Of a DNA stretch of 64,000 nt, positions 38,531 to 47,884 are shown one piece after another. A model generated the notes under the pieces. That model ran no database searches and was not told where the DNA came from. It saw only the letters and a program-made list of their open reading frames with translations. Position 1 is the first letter of the stretch. The number at the start of each line of letters is the position of its first letter. Made by a program: the position numbers and the translations under genes. The stretch lies in IMG/VR virus record IMGVR_UViG_3300009181_000033, positions 62,001 through 126,000 of that record; one strand, written 5' to 3'.

Positions 38531-39645
38531 TTCCTGCTCTTCTTGGCTCGAGCAGGTGCTTCAGTTGTCTGTCCGCTCAACGCCTTGGCCTGTGTCTCCT
38601 CGTTAACGCCAAACACCTCGAGGATGGTCGAAACACAATGCTTGTGAACCTGCTTCGAGAGAGCCAGATTCTCAGTGCCATTGCTCGTCATTTTCGACCA
38701 AGCCGACACACGAAGTTCACCAGGGAGATCCTTCATGAACTTGTGAAGATTCTCACCTTGCTTGTCGGTGAGCTCCTTCAGGGTCTTGGTGATGTAGTCA
38801 GCCACCTTTTCGATCAGGACATTCTGTTTCTCCTGGCCGAGCTTGGCAACCTTCTTCTTCACCTTGTCATAGTCGCTCAACACCTCCTCGCCGGTGACCT
38901 GATTGTCGATGGTCTTGGCGAAGGAGTGATAGGCGATGGTCGCCTCCGTGCCGACGTAGCCGAGGCACATCGGGTAGAAGAGCGGGTCGTTGGGCTGGTC
39001 GGCAATCCCGGCCGTGACCAGTGCACGGCTCAGGCGCTCCCACGAACGGCGGCTAGGCGTAACCTTGCCAGGCTCCACGTCCTTGGGCGCATCGAGCCAC
39101 TTCTCGTTGCTGGCGATAAAATCGACAACGAATTCGTGGACGCCACCATCCGCTCGGGCCCACGTGGCCCAATCCTCAACCGTGGGAGTTAGGTCGATGG
39201 TCCAGAAGCGGTCCAGGAGGGCGGGATCCATCTCGTTAACGGTGTAGCTTGCACCGGTGTTGACGGCCGCATAGACGCGTGTCTTGGGATGGAGCTTCCA
39301 TCCGTTTAACTCGCGGTCCAGGACGATCTGGAAAGCGGCCTGTTGCACCTCGTTGGTGCCGCGATTTAGCTCGTCCAGGAAGAGACAGACAGGCTCCATG
39401 CAGGAACGCTTGAACCAGTCAGGAGGGTTGAAGCGAGTCACCTCGCCGTCGGTGCTGGGGAGACCGACCATGTCGCCCTCGGTCATTTGCGAGAGACGGC
39501 GGTCAATAACATCCAAGCCAAACACCTTCGCAACCTGCCGCACAATCTGCGACTTGCCGATACCGTGTGGACCACGGAGCAGCACCGAGTCGAAGGGAAG
39601 CTTGGAAGCCACGGACATGAAGGTCTTGATGCTCATCGTCGTCAT
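38527..39645 (-). CDS. MoxR/AAA_5-like ATPase
   Basis: GPHGIGKS, LFLDELNR, DPALLDRF, PSRRSW. Confidence 0.9.
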   Translation of the reverse strand: MTTMSIKTFMSVASKLPFDSVLLRGPHGIGKSQIVRQVAKVFGLDVIDRRLSQMTEGDMVGLPSTDGEVTRFNPPDWFKRSCMEPVCLFLDELNRGTNEVQQAAFQIVLDRELNGWKLHPKTRVYAAVNTGASYTVNEMDPALLDRFWTIDLTPTVEDWATWARADGGVHEFVVDFIASNEKWLDAPKDVEPGKVTPSRRSWERLSRALVTAGIADQPNDPLFYPMCLGYVGTEATIAYHSFAKTIDNQVTGEEVLSDYDKVKKKVAKLGQEKQNVLIEKVADYITKTLKELTDKQGENLHKFMKDLPGELRVSAWSKMTSNGTENLALSKQVHKHCVSTILEVFGVNEETQAKALSGQTTEAPARAKKSRK

Positions 39646-39698
39646 GCTGTATGTTCTCCTGATTCGCTGTCAGTTGATAGTTTAGTTATGCTGCTTGC

Positions 39699-39929
39699 TC
39701 AGCCGACCTTGCACCCCTCAGCAAAAATTTTTTCAACCTCAATTTTGAGGAGCTTGTACGCAATACGCCAGTCACGATCCTTGGCAGTCGCAAGCTGCTG
39801 GTCGTTCACCGTCAAGGCTGTGACATAATACTTCCCAAGCCTTTCTCCCGTCACGATAGGCTTGAGAGACTTGCCAAAGAGCTCAGTAAACTTGAGCTCA
39901 ACCTGCTTCTTAGGGTTCGGCTTGAACAT
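39699..39929 (-). CDS. hypothetical protein
   Basis: Promoter upstream; C-terminus CKVG comes from the next promoter. Confidence 0.65.
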   Translation of the reverse strand: MFKPNPKKQVELKFTELFGKSLKPIVTGERLGKYYVTALTVNDQQLATAKDRDWRIAYKLLKIEVEKIFAEGCKVG

Positions 39930-40320
39930 GTTCTTATACTACCTCAGGAGCCTGCAGGTTTGCACCGGCAAGATAATTTTCCTTCTGTTTTTCACTGGCA
40001 ATGTCAAAGGATGGTCGGTCACAATTGGCACAGAGGAAGTCCCCTGCCTCGTCCACCGTGCCCACGTTCTTATCGGTACAGACAACACAATACTGGGTGC
40101 AGATCTTGTAATTCTTGTTCATTTCATCTTTCCAATTTCTTCTTTGAGCGCCTTATAAGACCAAAAGCAATACATCACCGTCAACACGAACCAAAACAGC
40201 AAAGCCATCTCGAGGAGAGCAGAGTTCCGAGATGCCCAGTACGTGTTCAGAACAGTGCTAAGGAATCCGTAAGAAAAAGACATGTAAATCACCGTCACAA
40301 TGAATAACGGCATGTTGTCT

Positions 40321-40536
40321 TCAACCAGTCTTCTCTGTGTACGATCTTGCCAGAATGCTCCTGACCGGCGCATCGGCCGCCTCGAGAGTCACCAGGATGT
40401 CATAGAGCTCACCCAGCCTGGCATTGTTACTCTTCTTCTCAATCTCGAGAAGCGTTGCCACCGTACGGCGAGCCGCCAAGGTGAGCTCCGTAAGCCTCTC
40501 AAGCTGATCGATCTTCATGTCTTCGTCCATGTTCAA
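40321..40536 (-). CDS. hypothetical protein
   Basis: ORF packing and codon pattern. Confidence 0.55.
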   Translation of the reverse strand: MNMDEDMKIDQLERLTELTLAARRTVATLLEIEKKSNNARLGELYDILVTLEAADAPVRSILARSYTEKTG

Positions 40537-40895
40537 TCTCCAATCGTGTTGCTGTTGTTGATGATCATCACGGTGTAGGTGTCGCCCTCGATAACCACCT
40601 TGGGCTCACGTACACACTTCAACATCTCGCTGAACCTCTTCACCATGCGTTCAGCTGCCTCCTTCACCTCAGGCTTGTGGCTGTCAAGCGGCGCCAACCT
40701 GAAGGTGAGATAGTAGCCTGTGTAGTCGATCCAGGATCCCTGCTCGAGCACGGAACCGAACTCCTCGAAGATGAGACATCTGAAGTGCTTGGAGACAGCT
40801 TCGGTTACCTGCCTGAAGATGCGAGCAACCTCACCGAGAATTTGGTAGTAGTGCTCGTTGAGAGCGTCAGCCGGGGTGAACGGGTACTTGATCAC
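40533..40895 (-). CDS. hypothetical protein
   Basis: GTG start after GGAGG, overlapping the upstream stop. Confidence 0.6.
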   Translation of the reverse strand: MIKYPFTPADALNEHYYQILGEVARIFRQVTEAVSKHFRCLIFEEFGSVLEQGSWIDYTGYYLTFRLAPLDSHKPEVKEAAERMVKRFSEMLKCVREPKVVIEGDTYTVMIINNSNTIGD

Positions 40896-41662
40896 ATATC
40901 CTCCGAGGTAAACCAGGCGACATCGCCCTTGGTGTTCTTGAGACCGAACCGGGCAGCCCACGTGCCACGGAACTGGGTAACCTTCTTCCAGAAGAGACGG
41001 CCGGTGAAACCCTTCACGGTGAGCTCCGTGCCGTTGGCGGGAAGGTTGACGAAAGCAGCCTCGGCGTCAACCTTGGTAGCGGCAGCCTTCGCCTCACGCT
41101 TGGCTTCCCGCTTCGCCGCATGAGCCGCCTCGGCAGCGACACGCTTCTCCTCATTGATCCTGCGCGCCGCGGCAACAGCAGTTGCCTTGGCGGAGCGGTC
41201 GCGGTTTGAGGCATCCATATAGGCTTCCCAGGCGATGAAGTTGGCCCACATCAGGGGATCACCCGAGACGAAGGTAGCAGCGTCGGTTTGAGGGTTAACG
41301 AGCTTGCTGGCCATCCGGTCGCCGTGAAGGTTGGTGCAGTCGACCCAAGCGAACTGCTCGAAGAACTCGAGCTCGCGCACCTTGTCGGTGAGGTAGTCAG
41401 GCAGCTGTTCGTGGTCTCCGCGCAGCGAACCCCAGTGAGCCCGGGGACGATCGGTGTTGATGTGCTCCGGCGGGATGCCGTGGGTGCCGAGCCACACCAG
41501 GGCGTAGGTGCACTGGGTGGTGCGGTAGTCGGAGTAGTCCATCGTGTCGGACCAGTTACGGGTCTCGGTGGTGCGCTCGACGCGGAGCACCCGGCTAACG
41601 AACACCTCAGACTCGAGGTCGATGTTGTTGTCGTAGTCGCGGGTGATGAGGGTGATTGCCAT
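40892..41662 (-). CDS. hypothetical protein with Ala-rich helix
   Basis: Strong GC3 bias, RBS GGAG. Confidence 0.75.
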   Translation of the reverse strand: MAITLITRDYDNNIDLESEVFVSRVLRVERTTETRNWSDTMDYSDYRTTQCTYALVWLGTHGIPPEHINTDRPRAHWGSLRGDHEQLPDYLTDKVRELEFFEQFAWVDCTNLHGDRMASKLVNPQTDAATFVSGDPLMWANFIAWEAYMDASNRDRSAKATAVAAARRINEEKRVAAEAAHAAKREAKREAKAAATKVDAEAAFVNLPANGTELTVKGFTGRLFWKKVTQFRGTWAARFGLKNTKGDVAWFTSEDM

Positions 41663-41709
41663 GTCGTTCGCTCCGAGTTATCGGGTGGCTCCATTGCCAC
41701 CTGATAGAA

Positions 41710-41985
41710 TTAGTATACCAAGCTGGTTGCCGACTTTGCACCGGCGATGTTCGTGCGGAAGCAGACGCGTCCGTTCTCGATAACATACTCCCATCCCATC
41801 AGCTGCGCAAAAGCATACGCCTCGCGGTGATCAATAGGACAGACAGGAGCATGGTCGAGGTGGTGGAAGTGGTTGCATGGGTTGTTGTCGTTGTCGAAGG
41901 CGTCCGGGCCCTCGACGATGAACGTGGTATCGAGCGGAGCATAGGTGGGGTTGTTGACGCTATCATCGAAGCAGACGTAGAGCAT
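41710..41985 (-). CDS. hypothetical protein
   Basis: RBS AAAGGA. Confidence 0.6.
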   Translation of the reverse strand: MLYVCFDDSVNNPTYAPLDTTFIVEGPDAFDNDNNPCNHFHHLDHAPVCPIDHREAYAFAQLMGWEYVIENGRVCFRTNIAGAKSATSLVY

Positions 41986-42017
41986 GATGTATTCCTTTCA
42001 GCACTGGGTTGAGGTGA

Positions 42018-42299
42018 TCAGTCGTTGAAGATCTCGATGGAGATCCCATCAGTCGACTTGAACTGGAGGGAGATGACGTCTCCGTGCATCCGCCTAGGGC
42101 GGTCAAAGACGAATAGCTTCGAGACGCCGGTCTTGGATGATCGCACGTAGAATCCCTCGTCCAGGGAATCGTTGCTCACCTGTGCCACACGGAAATTCGG
42201 AATGGAGCTCATCTCGCACGTGCCGAGCTTGCCATCCCAGACGAAGAGACGGCCGTCATATACAGGAACTTGCTGCTTTCCGTTAACCTTCATATTCAT
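42018..42299 (-). CDS. hypothetical protein
   Basis: GTGCAAAGTCAAC promoter upstream. Confidence 0.7.
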   Translation of the reverse strand: MNMKVNGKQQVPVYDGRLFVWDGKLGTCEMSSIPNFRVAQVSNDSLDEGFYVRSSKTGVSKLFVFDRPRRMHGDVISLQFKSTDGISIEIFND

Positions 42300-42352
42300 G
42301 GTTATACCTCCCCCGTTGTTGACTTTGCACCTTCAAAGAGAATTTTCTTCAG

Positions 42353-42544
42353 TCACCTTACGAAGACAGGAGCACACTCGTAGAGGGGAGAGCTGGAGAC
42401 CCTGATGTTGTAGTAACCCCTCTTCTCGAGGGCCGTGACGGCCGAGGGTACCTTATTGGAACTGACCTGCTTGCGTCCAGGCTTGCCTGCGGGAGTGCGG
42501 TAGGCGAGCTCATATACGCTGATCTTCTCGGCGAAGCTGCTCAT
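42353..42544 (-). CDS. hypothetical protein, first gene of the leftward arm
   Basis: Start MSSFAEK after AAAGGAA. Confidence 0.6.
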   Translation of the reverse strand: MSSFAEKISVYELAYRTPAGKPGRKQVSSNKVPSAVTALEKRGYYNIRVSSSPLYECAPVFVR

Positions 42545-42559
42545 GTCCAATTCCTTTCC

Positions 42560-42700
42560 ATAAATCAAAACTAACACTCGACAACGCGACATTGCACCAA
42601 AAAACAAGAAAAAAATTTCTTTGCGCAATATTGCGGTGCTTTTGAACAAATTTATTTTTGGTGTGCAAAGCGTGAACTGGGCGAGGTACAACAGGATAAT
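42560..42700. promoter_or_regulatory. back-to-back GTGCAA promoters with A/T-rich spacer: divergence point of the early-type block
   Basis: TTGCAC at ~42592 and GTGCAA at ~42663; coding strand switches here. Confidence 0.7.
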
Positions 42701-42702
42701 CG

Positions 42703-42942
42703 ATGGACTTCAACGATTTCCTGAAGGAAGCACTTGAACCTGACGTCAACCTGAGGCAGGGACAGAAGCTCATGATCAACCTTCACTCGGTTCGGAAAGA
42801 CCTATACGGGAAGCTCTTCAACGGCTCACTCGAAGGCAAGACTTTTTCGTGGGTGTTGTACGACTGTTTCTACGAAGACTAGAAGATGTGGGCGACAATT
42901 GAGTGGCTTGGAGAAAACTGGTGCAAAGTCGGCAACGAGTGA
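42703..42942 (+). pseudogene. small ORF with in-frame TAG at 42880
   Basis: MDFNDF...DCFYED*KMWATIEWLGENW reads on plausibly after the stop. Confidence 0.45.
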
Positions 42943-43313
42943 GGTGCAACTGAATCATGAACGAAGAAGTCAACGTGACGTTAACTGCTCGTGAGCTTGT
43001 CGACACGTATCGTGCCGTGCGATCCCTGATGGGTCACTCGTGTCGGACGAAGCTATCAGTAACTACTACGAGCGACTGGACAGAATTCACTCCAAACTGA
43101 TTGATGCAACTGTGCAAGTGGCTTCCAAGAACAAGGAGGATGGACAATGAGTAACACACGTAAGGTAACGAGACTTCTTATTGACATGATGGATAACGGC
43201 GTGCTTGATCCTAATAATCTGGCTCTGCTGTGTCTCGGTTACATGTCTGAAGATGACGTGGCTGATATGGCTCGCCTCAACGATCTTCTCGAGGAGGAGG
43301 AGGATGATGATGC

Positions 43314-43679
43314 ATGATTGAGCCAATAGTCGAATTCAGACTGGAGCGTGTGGAAAATCGGCCGGACCGGTTTAACTATTATCCCATAGGCAATGGCATG
43401 GTGGCGTCCATACAAGCTGGACATGCCAACTATTGTCATCCTCGAATTACAGATCCATCGTCTGACGCTTACACCGAATTTGAAGTTGCCCTATTCTTCC
43501 TCAACGAGTGGTACCACCCTCACACCAACGAGAAGCTCTGTGACAGAAAATGGGCTTCGCATTGGTCGCCTAACGACCAAGTTGGAGCCTACGTTCCCCG
43601 GGTAGAAGTTATCAACATGATCAACGACCTTCGAGATTATTTCAAGGTCACGTACGCAGGAAAGGAAACAGACACATGA
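43314..43679 (+). CDS. phage hypothetical protein
   Basis: NGMVASIQAG..NYCHPR; RBS GGAGG. Confidence 0.7.
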   Translation: MIEPIVEFRLERVENRPDRFNYYPIGNGMVASIQAGHANYCHPRITDPSSDAYTEFEVALFFLNEWYHPHTNEKLCDRKWASHWSPNDQVGAYVPRVEVINMINDLRDYFKVTYAGKETDT

Positions 43680-43975
43680 TGATCAAGGCGAATGACGTTG
43701 TCTTCTGGAAGGGTCCCAATGGTCTCTACCGCCGCTGGGCAGACGTGGTAGACACGAACGGTGACCAGGTAAAGATCAAGCTCCGCCACGACATTTTCGA
43801 CTACGACCCTTGCAACGGAAAGCGCCACCTGCGGGAAGGAGAGATCCTCAGTGTGCCAATCAACGAAGTCATTTACAACAGCGAATACTATCGATCGAAG
43901 GAGAAGATCAAGGATCACATGGAGTCAGTGAGGAAAGAAAGCAAGAAACCCATTGCCGTAGGAGAAATCTGGTGA
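43676..43975 (+). CDS. hypothetical SH3-like protein
   Basis: ATGA overlap; IKANDVV. Confidence 0.65.
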   Translation: MMIKANDVVFWKGPNGLYRRWADVVDTNGDQVKIKLRHDIFDYDPCNGKRHLREGEILSVPINEVIYNSEYYRSKEKIKDHMESVRKESKKPIAVGEIW

Positions 43976-44175
43976 AGAAAGTCATTTGCTTGCTGTTGCT
44001 TGCTTCTTTCACCCTGGTTTCAACAGCACAAGCTGGCACGGCCGAGTGCGCAACCATCACAGACCACGACACAAGAATGATGTGCTTTGCCTCCCAAACT
44101 AACAACTCCTCGTACTGCTCTTTCATCAAAGACCACGACAAGCGTGCACAGTGCCGCATTATGACGGGGAATTAA
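43972..44175 (+). CDS. small secreted Cys-repeat protein
   Basis: Signal peptide; C..I.DHD.R..C twice. Confidence 0.65.
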   Translation: MKKVICLLLLASFTLVSTAQAGTAECATITDHDTRMMCFASQTNNSSYCSFIKDHDKRAQCRIMTGN

Positions 44176-44228
44176 AATAATCTCACCCGTCGGTGCAAAG
44201 TCAACTCCGAACAAGGTAATCTAGAACC

Positions 44229-44948
44229 ATGAAGACGAAGAAGAGCACCGACGAGCTGGAAAACGACGACTTCATCATCGAATCCCCCGCCGGAGAATCC
44301 TCCGACGACTGGGACACCGTCTCCGATAACGTTCCACGCTCCATGCTCGGAGCTCCTTCAAAGGATCGATCAGCCTCACGACCGGACATCTCCAAGCTCC
44401 CCAGCGGAATCGGACCTGACGGAATCCCAACCTTCGTGCGAGGTGACAAGGTCGTCATCGAACGATACTCCGGAGCACTCAAGGGTCACCCGTACCTCGA
44501 CACCCGTACCTACGTCATCCAGAACGTAGACACGGTCACCGGAAAGATCACCATGTACGACGCCGCCCAAGGCCAGTTCGCCACCGACAACTGGAAGGCC
44601 GGACTGCAGAACGGCAACGTCTACAAGCTAGCCAAGAATACCACCATCGATCTCTCCTCCAAGCGCAAGCGCGGTCGTCCCCGCAAGAACCCCGACGCTC
44701 CCACCAACGTCGCCAAGCCCCCTCCCGCCCTCGACGCCAACGGCATGCCCGTCGTCAAGAAGCGCGGCCGTCCCGCAGGCTCAAAGAACCGTCCCAAGGA
44801 AGTCATCATCAACGAAAAGCGGGCAAAGAAGGACGCACGATTCTTCAAGCGCTACGCCAAGCACCCTTCCTCCCACCAACAGAAGGCCGATCCCAAGTGG
44901 ATCTTCCTCCTCCCCATGGTCGACCTCCTCAAGGTCCTCACCAGGTAA
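44229..44948 (+). CDS. AT-hook (HMGA-like) DNA-binding protein
   Basis: Acidic N-terminus; KRKRGRPRK and KKRGRPAGSKNRPK; promoter at 44193-44228. Confidence 0.75.
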   Translation: MKTKKSTDELENDDFIIESPAGESSDDWDTVSDNVPRSMLGAPSKDRSASRPDISKLPSGIGPDGIPTFVRGDKVVIERYSGALKGHPYLDTRTYVIQNVDTVTGKITMYDAAQGQFATDNWKAGLQNGNVYKLAKNTTIDLSSKRKRGRPRKNPDAPTNVAKPPPALDANGMPVVKKRGRPAGSKNRPKEVIINEKRAKKDARFFKRYAKHPSSHQQKADPKWIFLLPMVDLLKVLTR

Positions 44949-44951
44949 CCC

Positions 44952-45227
44952 ATGCAAGGCTCACTCTGGCGGGTGAAGATGCATGTCTACGGACACACCT
45001 TCAATGGGAACGGTGACATGTTCCTCTTGAAGCCAGGTGAGCTCGTCGTTGTAGGAGACGGAATGGTTCAAGGCGACATGCTAGGGTGGGCAGACTCACA
45101 ATTCAGACCATTCGATCGAAAACTCGTGAACGCCCATCTGTGGGTCAAGGTGCTCCTACCACGCCAGTGTTGGATGAATCGGACATACTTCAACCGTGAT
45201 TCCATGTGGCTGGATAGGGTCTCATGA
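44952..45227 (+). CDS. SH3-like small protein
   Basis: KPGELVV...WVKVL. Confidence 0.6.
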   Translation: MQGSLWRVKMHVYGHTFNGNGDMFLLKPGELVVVGDGMVQGDMLGWADSQFRPFDRKLVNAHLWVKVLLPRQCWMNRTYFNRDSMWLDRVS

Positions 45228-45439
45228 GGAGGTTCGAGGCGGGCGACTTGATCACCCTGAAATATGCGTACGCTTACTCCCCATCATCGATCGCACCCGC
45301 AATCGTACTCGAGGTCATTCGAGGTGGATACAAGGTGCTCTTCCCAAACGGCGTCTACGAACTCAGCTCAGACTACGCCCACGAATCATGCCAACTTCTT
45401 CAAGATTTCGGTGCAAAGTCAACATTCGCTGAAGTATAA
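45224..45439 (+). CDS. MKPGD-like small protein
   Basis: FEAGDLI...IVLE...YKVLFPNG. Confidence 0.65.
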   Translation: MRRFEAGDLITLKYAYAYSPSSIAPAIVLEVIRGGYKVLFPNGVYELSSDYAHESCQLLQDFGAKSTFAEV

Positions 45440-45473
45440 CTGAATTGAAGGTGAGGAAAGGAAGGGCAAGAAC

Positions 45474-45773
45474 GTGAACAAGAACGTGAACAACTTCGTC
45501 GTCCAGGTTATCGAGCACTACAACGACCGCGGCGGTGACGGTGGCATGGCCACGACCATCGTCGGTGTGGTGAAGACCCTCGAGGCGGGCATGCAGATGC
45601 TCGATGATATGGGTGCCAAGGAAGGCCGAGTCCTTCAGATCTTCCCTCCCATGGTCCGCGAGGACGGACGGCTCGTCCCTGGTCCGCCCGACGTCTTCCC
45701 TTACTGTGCTCCTCCTCAGAAGAAGGCCCGTGGCAAGAAGATCGCTGCGGATGTAGCCGAAACTGCTGAGTGA
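45474..45773 (+). CDS. hypothetical protein
   Basis: Promoter at ~45410 and RBS. Confidence 0.6.
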   Translation: MNKNVNNFVVQVIEHYNDRGGDGGMATTIVGVVKTLEAGMQMLDDMGAKEGRVLQIFPPMVREDGRLVPGPPDVFPYCAPPQKKARGKKIAADVAETAE

Positions 45774-46039
45774 GAAAATCTGACGGACAGTGAAAAGCTC
45801 AACATCAAAAGGAGTATAACAGGATCATGAACGAATTCAGTCACGCGGAACTGCGGCTCATCCTCGAAGGCCTTGATGTCGTCCGTGAACGGATGCGGGA
45901 AGATATCAGTGTCAACCTCAACCTCGGCGAGGAAGAGTACAACCAGGTGGTCAGGCTCCAAGACAAGATCATCGAGGCCCTGGAATCTCGCTGCTTCTAC
46001 TGAGTATAAAGTCAACACCCTCTGGAGTATAACTGAATC

Positions 46040-46408
46040 ATGAAGGGCATGAAGAAGGTTGTCACCCTCCCAGCCGGAACCAAATACCACTGGAATCGCT
46101 CACCAGAAGAAGTAAAAGATATCTACAGTCGACTCCCTCCACTCGATGACGCCGGCGAACCCACCATCGTCAACTCCACAGGCACCTCCCACCTCAATGA
46201 ACCAACGATAGTCACCATCACCAAAACACGTAAGATCGACTGGCACTCCTGGTTCAATAAACCCAAATTCCTCGTCGAAGGGCTAACCACCATCAACGGA
46301 AACCCAAAAATCATCATGTTCTCCCTACCCCCCAACGAGTTCTTCCGCCTCGAGGAAGAGGAAGTCATCGTTAACGCCTCGCGAGTCCGCCGGCCCGTGG
46401 CACGCTGA
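46040..46408 (+). CDS. hypothetical protein, paralogue of 46808-47167
   Basis: PAGT.Y, D.AGEP, WFNKP, TING.P shared. Confidence 0.75.
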   Translation: MKGMKKVVTLPAGTKYHWNRSPEEVKDIYSRLPPLDDAGEPTIVNSTGTSHLNEPTIVTITKTRKIDWHSWFNKPKFLVEGLTTINGNPKIIMFSLPPNEFFRLEEEEVIVNASRVRRPVAR

Positions 46409-46417
46409 ACTTCGCCA

Positions 46418-46453
46418 GTGCAAAGTCAACATCAAAAGGAGTATAATAGAATC
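46418..46453 (+). promoter_or_regulatory. consensus leaderless promoter GTGCAA-N18-TATAAT-N6-ATG
   Basis: Perfect -10 box; near-identical copies at ~45790 and 47135. Confidence 0.8.
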
Positions 46454-46618
46454 ATGGTCAGCAAGGATAAGCAGGCACAGGTTGCTCAGGACGCTCTCTA
46501 CGAGATTGGTTGGGAGATGACTCCTGCCGAGGCTCGTGAGCAGCTCGATTTCTTCGCGAAGATGAGCATTGATATTTGGCTTCAATCTGGTCAGACGGAC
46601 CAATTTGCTTGGGAGTGA
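46454..46618 (+). CDS. hypothetical protein
   Basis: Start reassigned to MVSKDK. Confidence 0.6.
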   Translation: MVSKDKQAQVAQDALYEIGWEMTPAEAREQLDFFAKMSIDIWLQSGQTDQFAWE

Positions 46619-46767
46619 TCATGACATTATACGATGTTGTTTATACTAATTCGTTGGGAATTCGCCAGCTCACCGTTGTATCTTCTTTGGTGATTAAAGA
46701 GACGATTGCTCTTTATTCTCGTGAAGGTGGAGTGATTTTTTCGATCAAGCAGCGGACATAACCGCTT

Positions 46768-46809
46768 GGGACTGTAGCACAATGGCAGTGCAGCTGGCTT
46801 TTAACCAGT
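46768..46809 (+). pseudogene. tRNA-Lys(TTT) 5' half without T arm
   Basis: GGGACTGTAGCACAATGGCAGTGCAGCTGGCTTTTAACCAGT followed by coding sequence. Confidence 0.8.
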
Positions 46810-47167
46810 GGCTCAACGGCTACGACCTGTGAAAGCAAGGGAGACGATCGTCATTCCGGCGGGCACCACGTACTACTACACCCGCACCAAGGAAGAGTGC
46901 GAAGACATCCGCCAACGTGACATCGCAACCGGCAACAACTACGACTCGGCAGGCGAACCAAAAATCTACAGCCGAATCACATCCAGCCGAATCCAAGAAA
47001 ACACCTTCTGCACGATCATCAAGAACCGCAACATCGAGTGGGACACTTGGTTCAATAAGCCATCCCACCTCCTCGAGGTGCTAGCAACGATAAACGGCGC
47101 ACCAAGAATTATTTTAGTCAAAGACCCACGCCGGGTGCAAAGTCAACATCAAAAGGAGTTTAACTAA
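46808..47167 (+). CDS. hypothetical protein, paralogue of 46040-46408
   Basis: Shared motifs. Confidence 0.7.
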   Translation: MAQRLRPVKARETIVIPAGTTYYYTRTKEECEDIRQRDIATGNNYDSAGEPKIYSRITSSRIQENTFCTIIKNRNIEWDTWFNKPSHLLEVLATINGAPRIILVKDPRRVQSQHQKEFN

Positions 47168-47170
47168 ACT

Positions 47171-47668
47171 ATGAACGCTGAACAACTCAAGGAGATTCTC
47201 CACCACCATGCCCTCTGGATCCTCAACCCCGAAGAGGGTTGCAGAGCGAATCTGAGTGGAGCGAATCTGAGCGGAGCGAATCTGTTCAGGGCGAATCTGA
47301 GCGAAGCGTTTCTGTGCGAAGCGTTTCTGTGGGGAGCGTATCTGAACGGAGCGTATCTGAACGGAGCTGATCTGAGTGGAGCGGATCTGAGCAGAGCGAA
47401 TCTGTGGGAAGCGAATCTGTTCAGGGCGTATCTGTGGGAAGCGAATCTGAGTGGAGCGAATCTGAGCGGAGCGAATCTGAGCAGAGCGAATCTGAGTGGA
47501 GCGAATCTGAGTGGAGCCGATCTGCGCGGAGCCGATCTGCTGGATGCAAAGTTCACAGTGGAACTGAAGGACGCAAGAAATCTTCACGCCGTTGTTTACC
47601 ATCCACAACAATTGCCATTTTTGGCACTGAACCCTAGTTTCCTGGAATCTGTGCAAAGTTCCACCTGA
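47171..47668 (+). CDS. pentapeptide repeat protein
   Basis: About 21 A(N/D/Y/F)LXX units encoded by a 15-bp tandem repeat. Confidence 0.95.
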   Translation: MNAEQLKEILHHHALWILNPEEGCRANLSGANLSGANLFRANLSEAFLCEAFLWGAYLNGAYLNGADLSGADLSRANLWEANLFRAYLWEANLSGANLSGANLSRANLSGANLSGADLRGADLLDAKFTVELKDARNLHAVVYHPQQLPFLALNPSFLESVQSST

Positions 47669-47686
47669 AAGAGGTATAACTAAACC

Positions 47687-47884
47687 ATGAACAACGACAC
47701 GATCCGAGGTCTCTCCCCCTACGCCGACTTTAAACACGCTGATCTCGTCCGAAGCTCGCGATTGGCGGCGATCGTCAATTCAGCCGCTTCCAAGGGCCAC
47801 AAGGTCCGTCACGACATTGCCGAGGCTTTGGCCATGGAGCTCGAGTACCTCGCTCTTAACTTCGACCTGGTGCCGAAGAAGTGA
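47687..47884 (+). CDS. hypothetical protein, paralogue of 48079-48267
   Basis: LEYL.LNFDLVPKK shared; promoter at 47651. Confidence 0.7.
   Translation: MNNDTIRGLSPYADFKHADLVRSSRLAAIVNSAASKGHKVRHDIAEALAMELEYLALNFDLVPKK

Noticed and set aside
47220-47540. 15-bp tandem repeat as a CRISPR or non-coding array
   Set aside because: It has no unique spacers and is the in-frame code for pentapeptide repeats.
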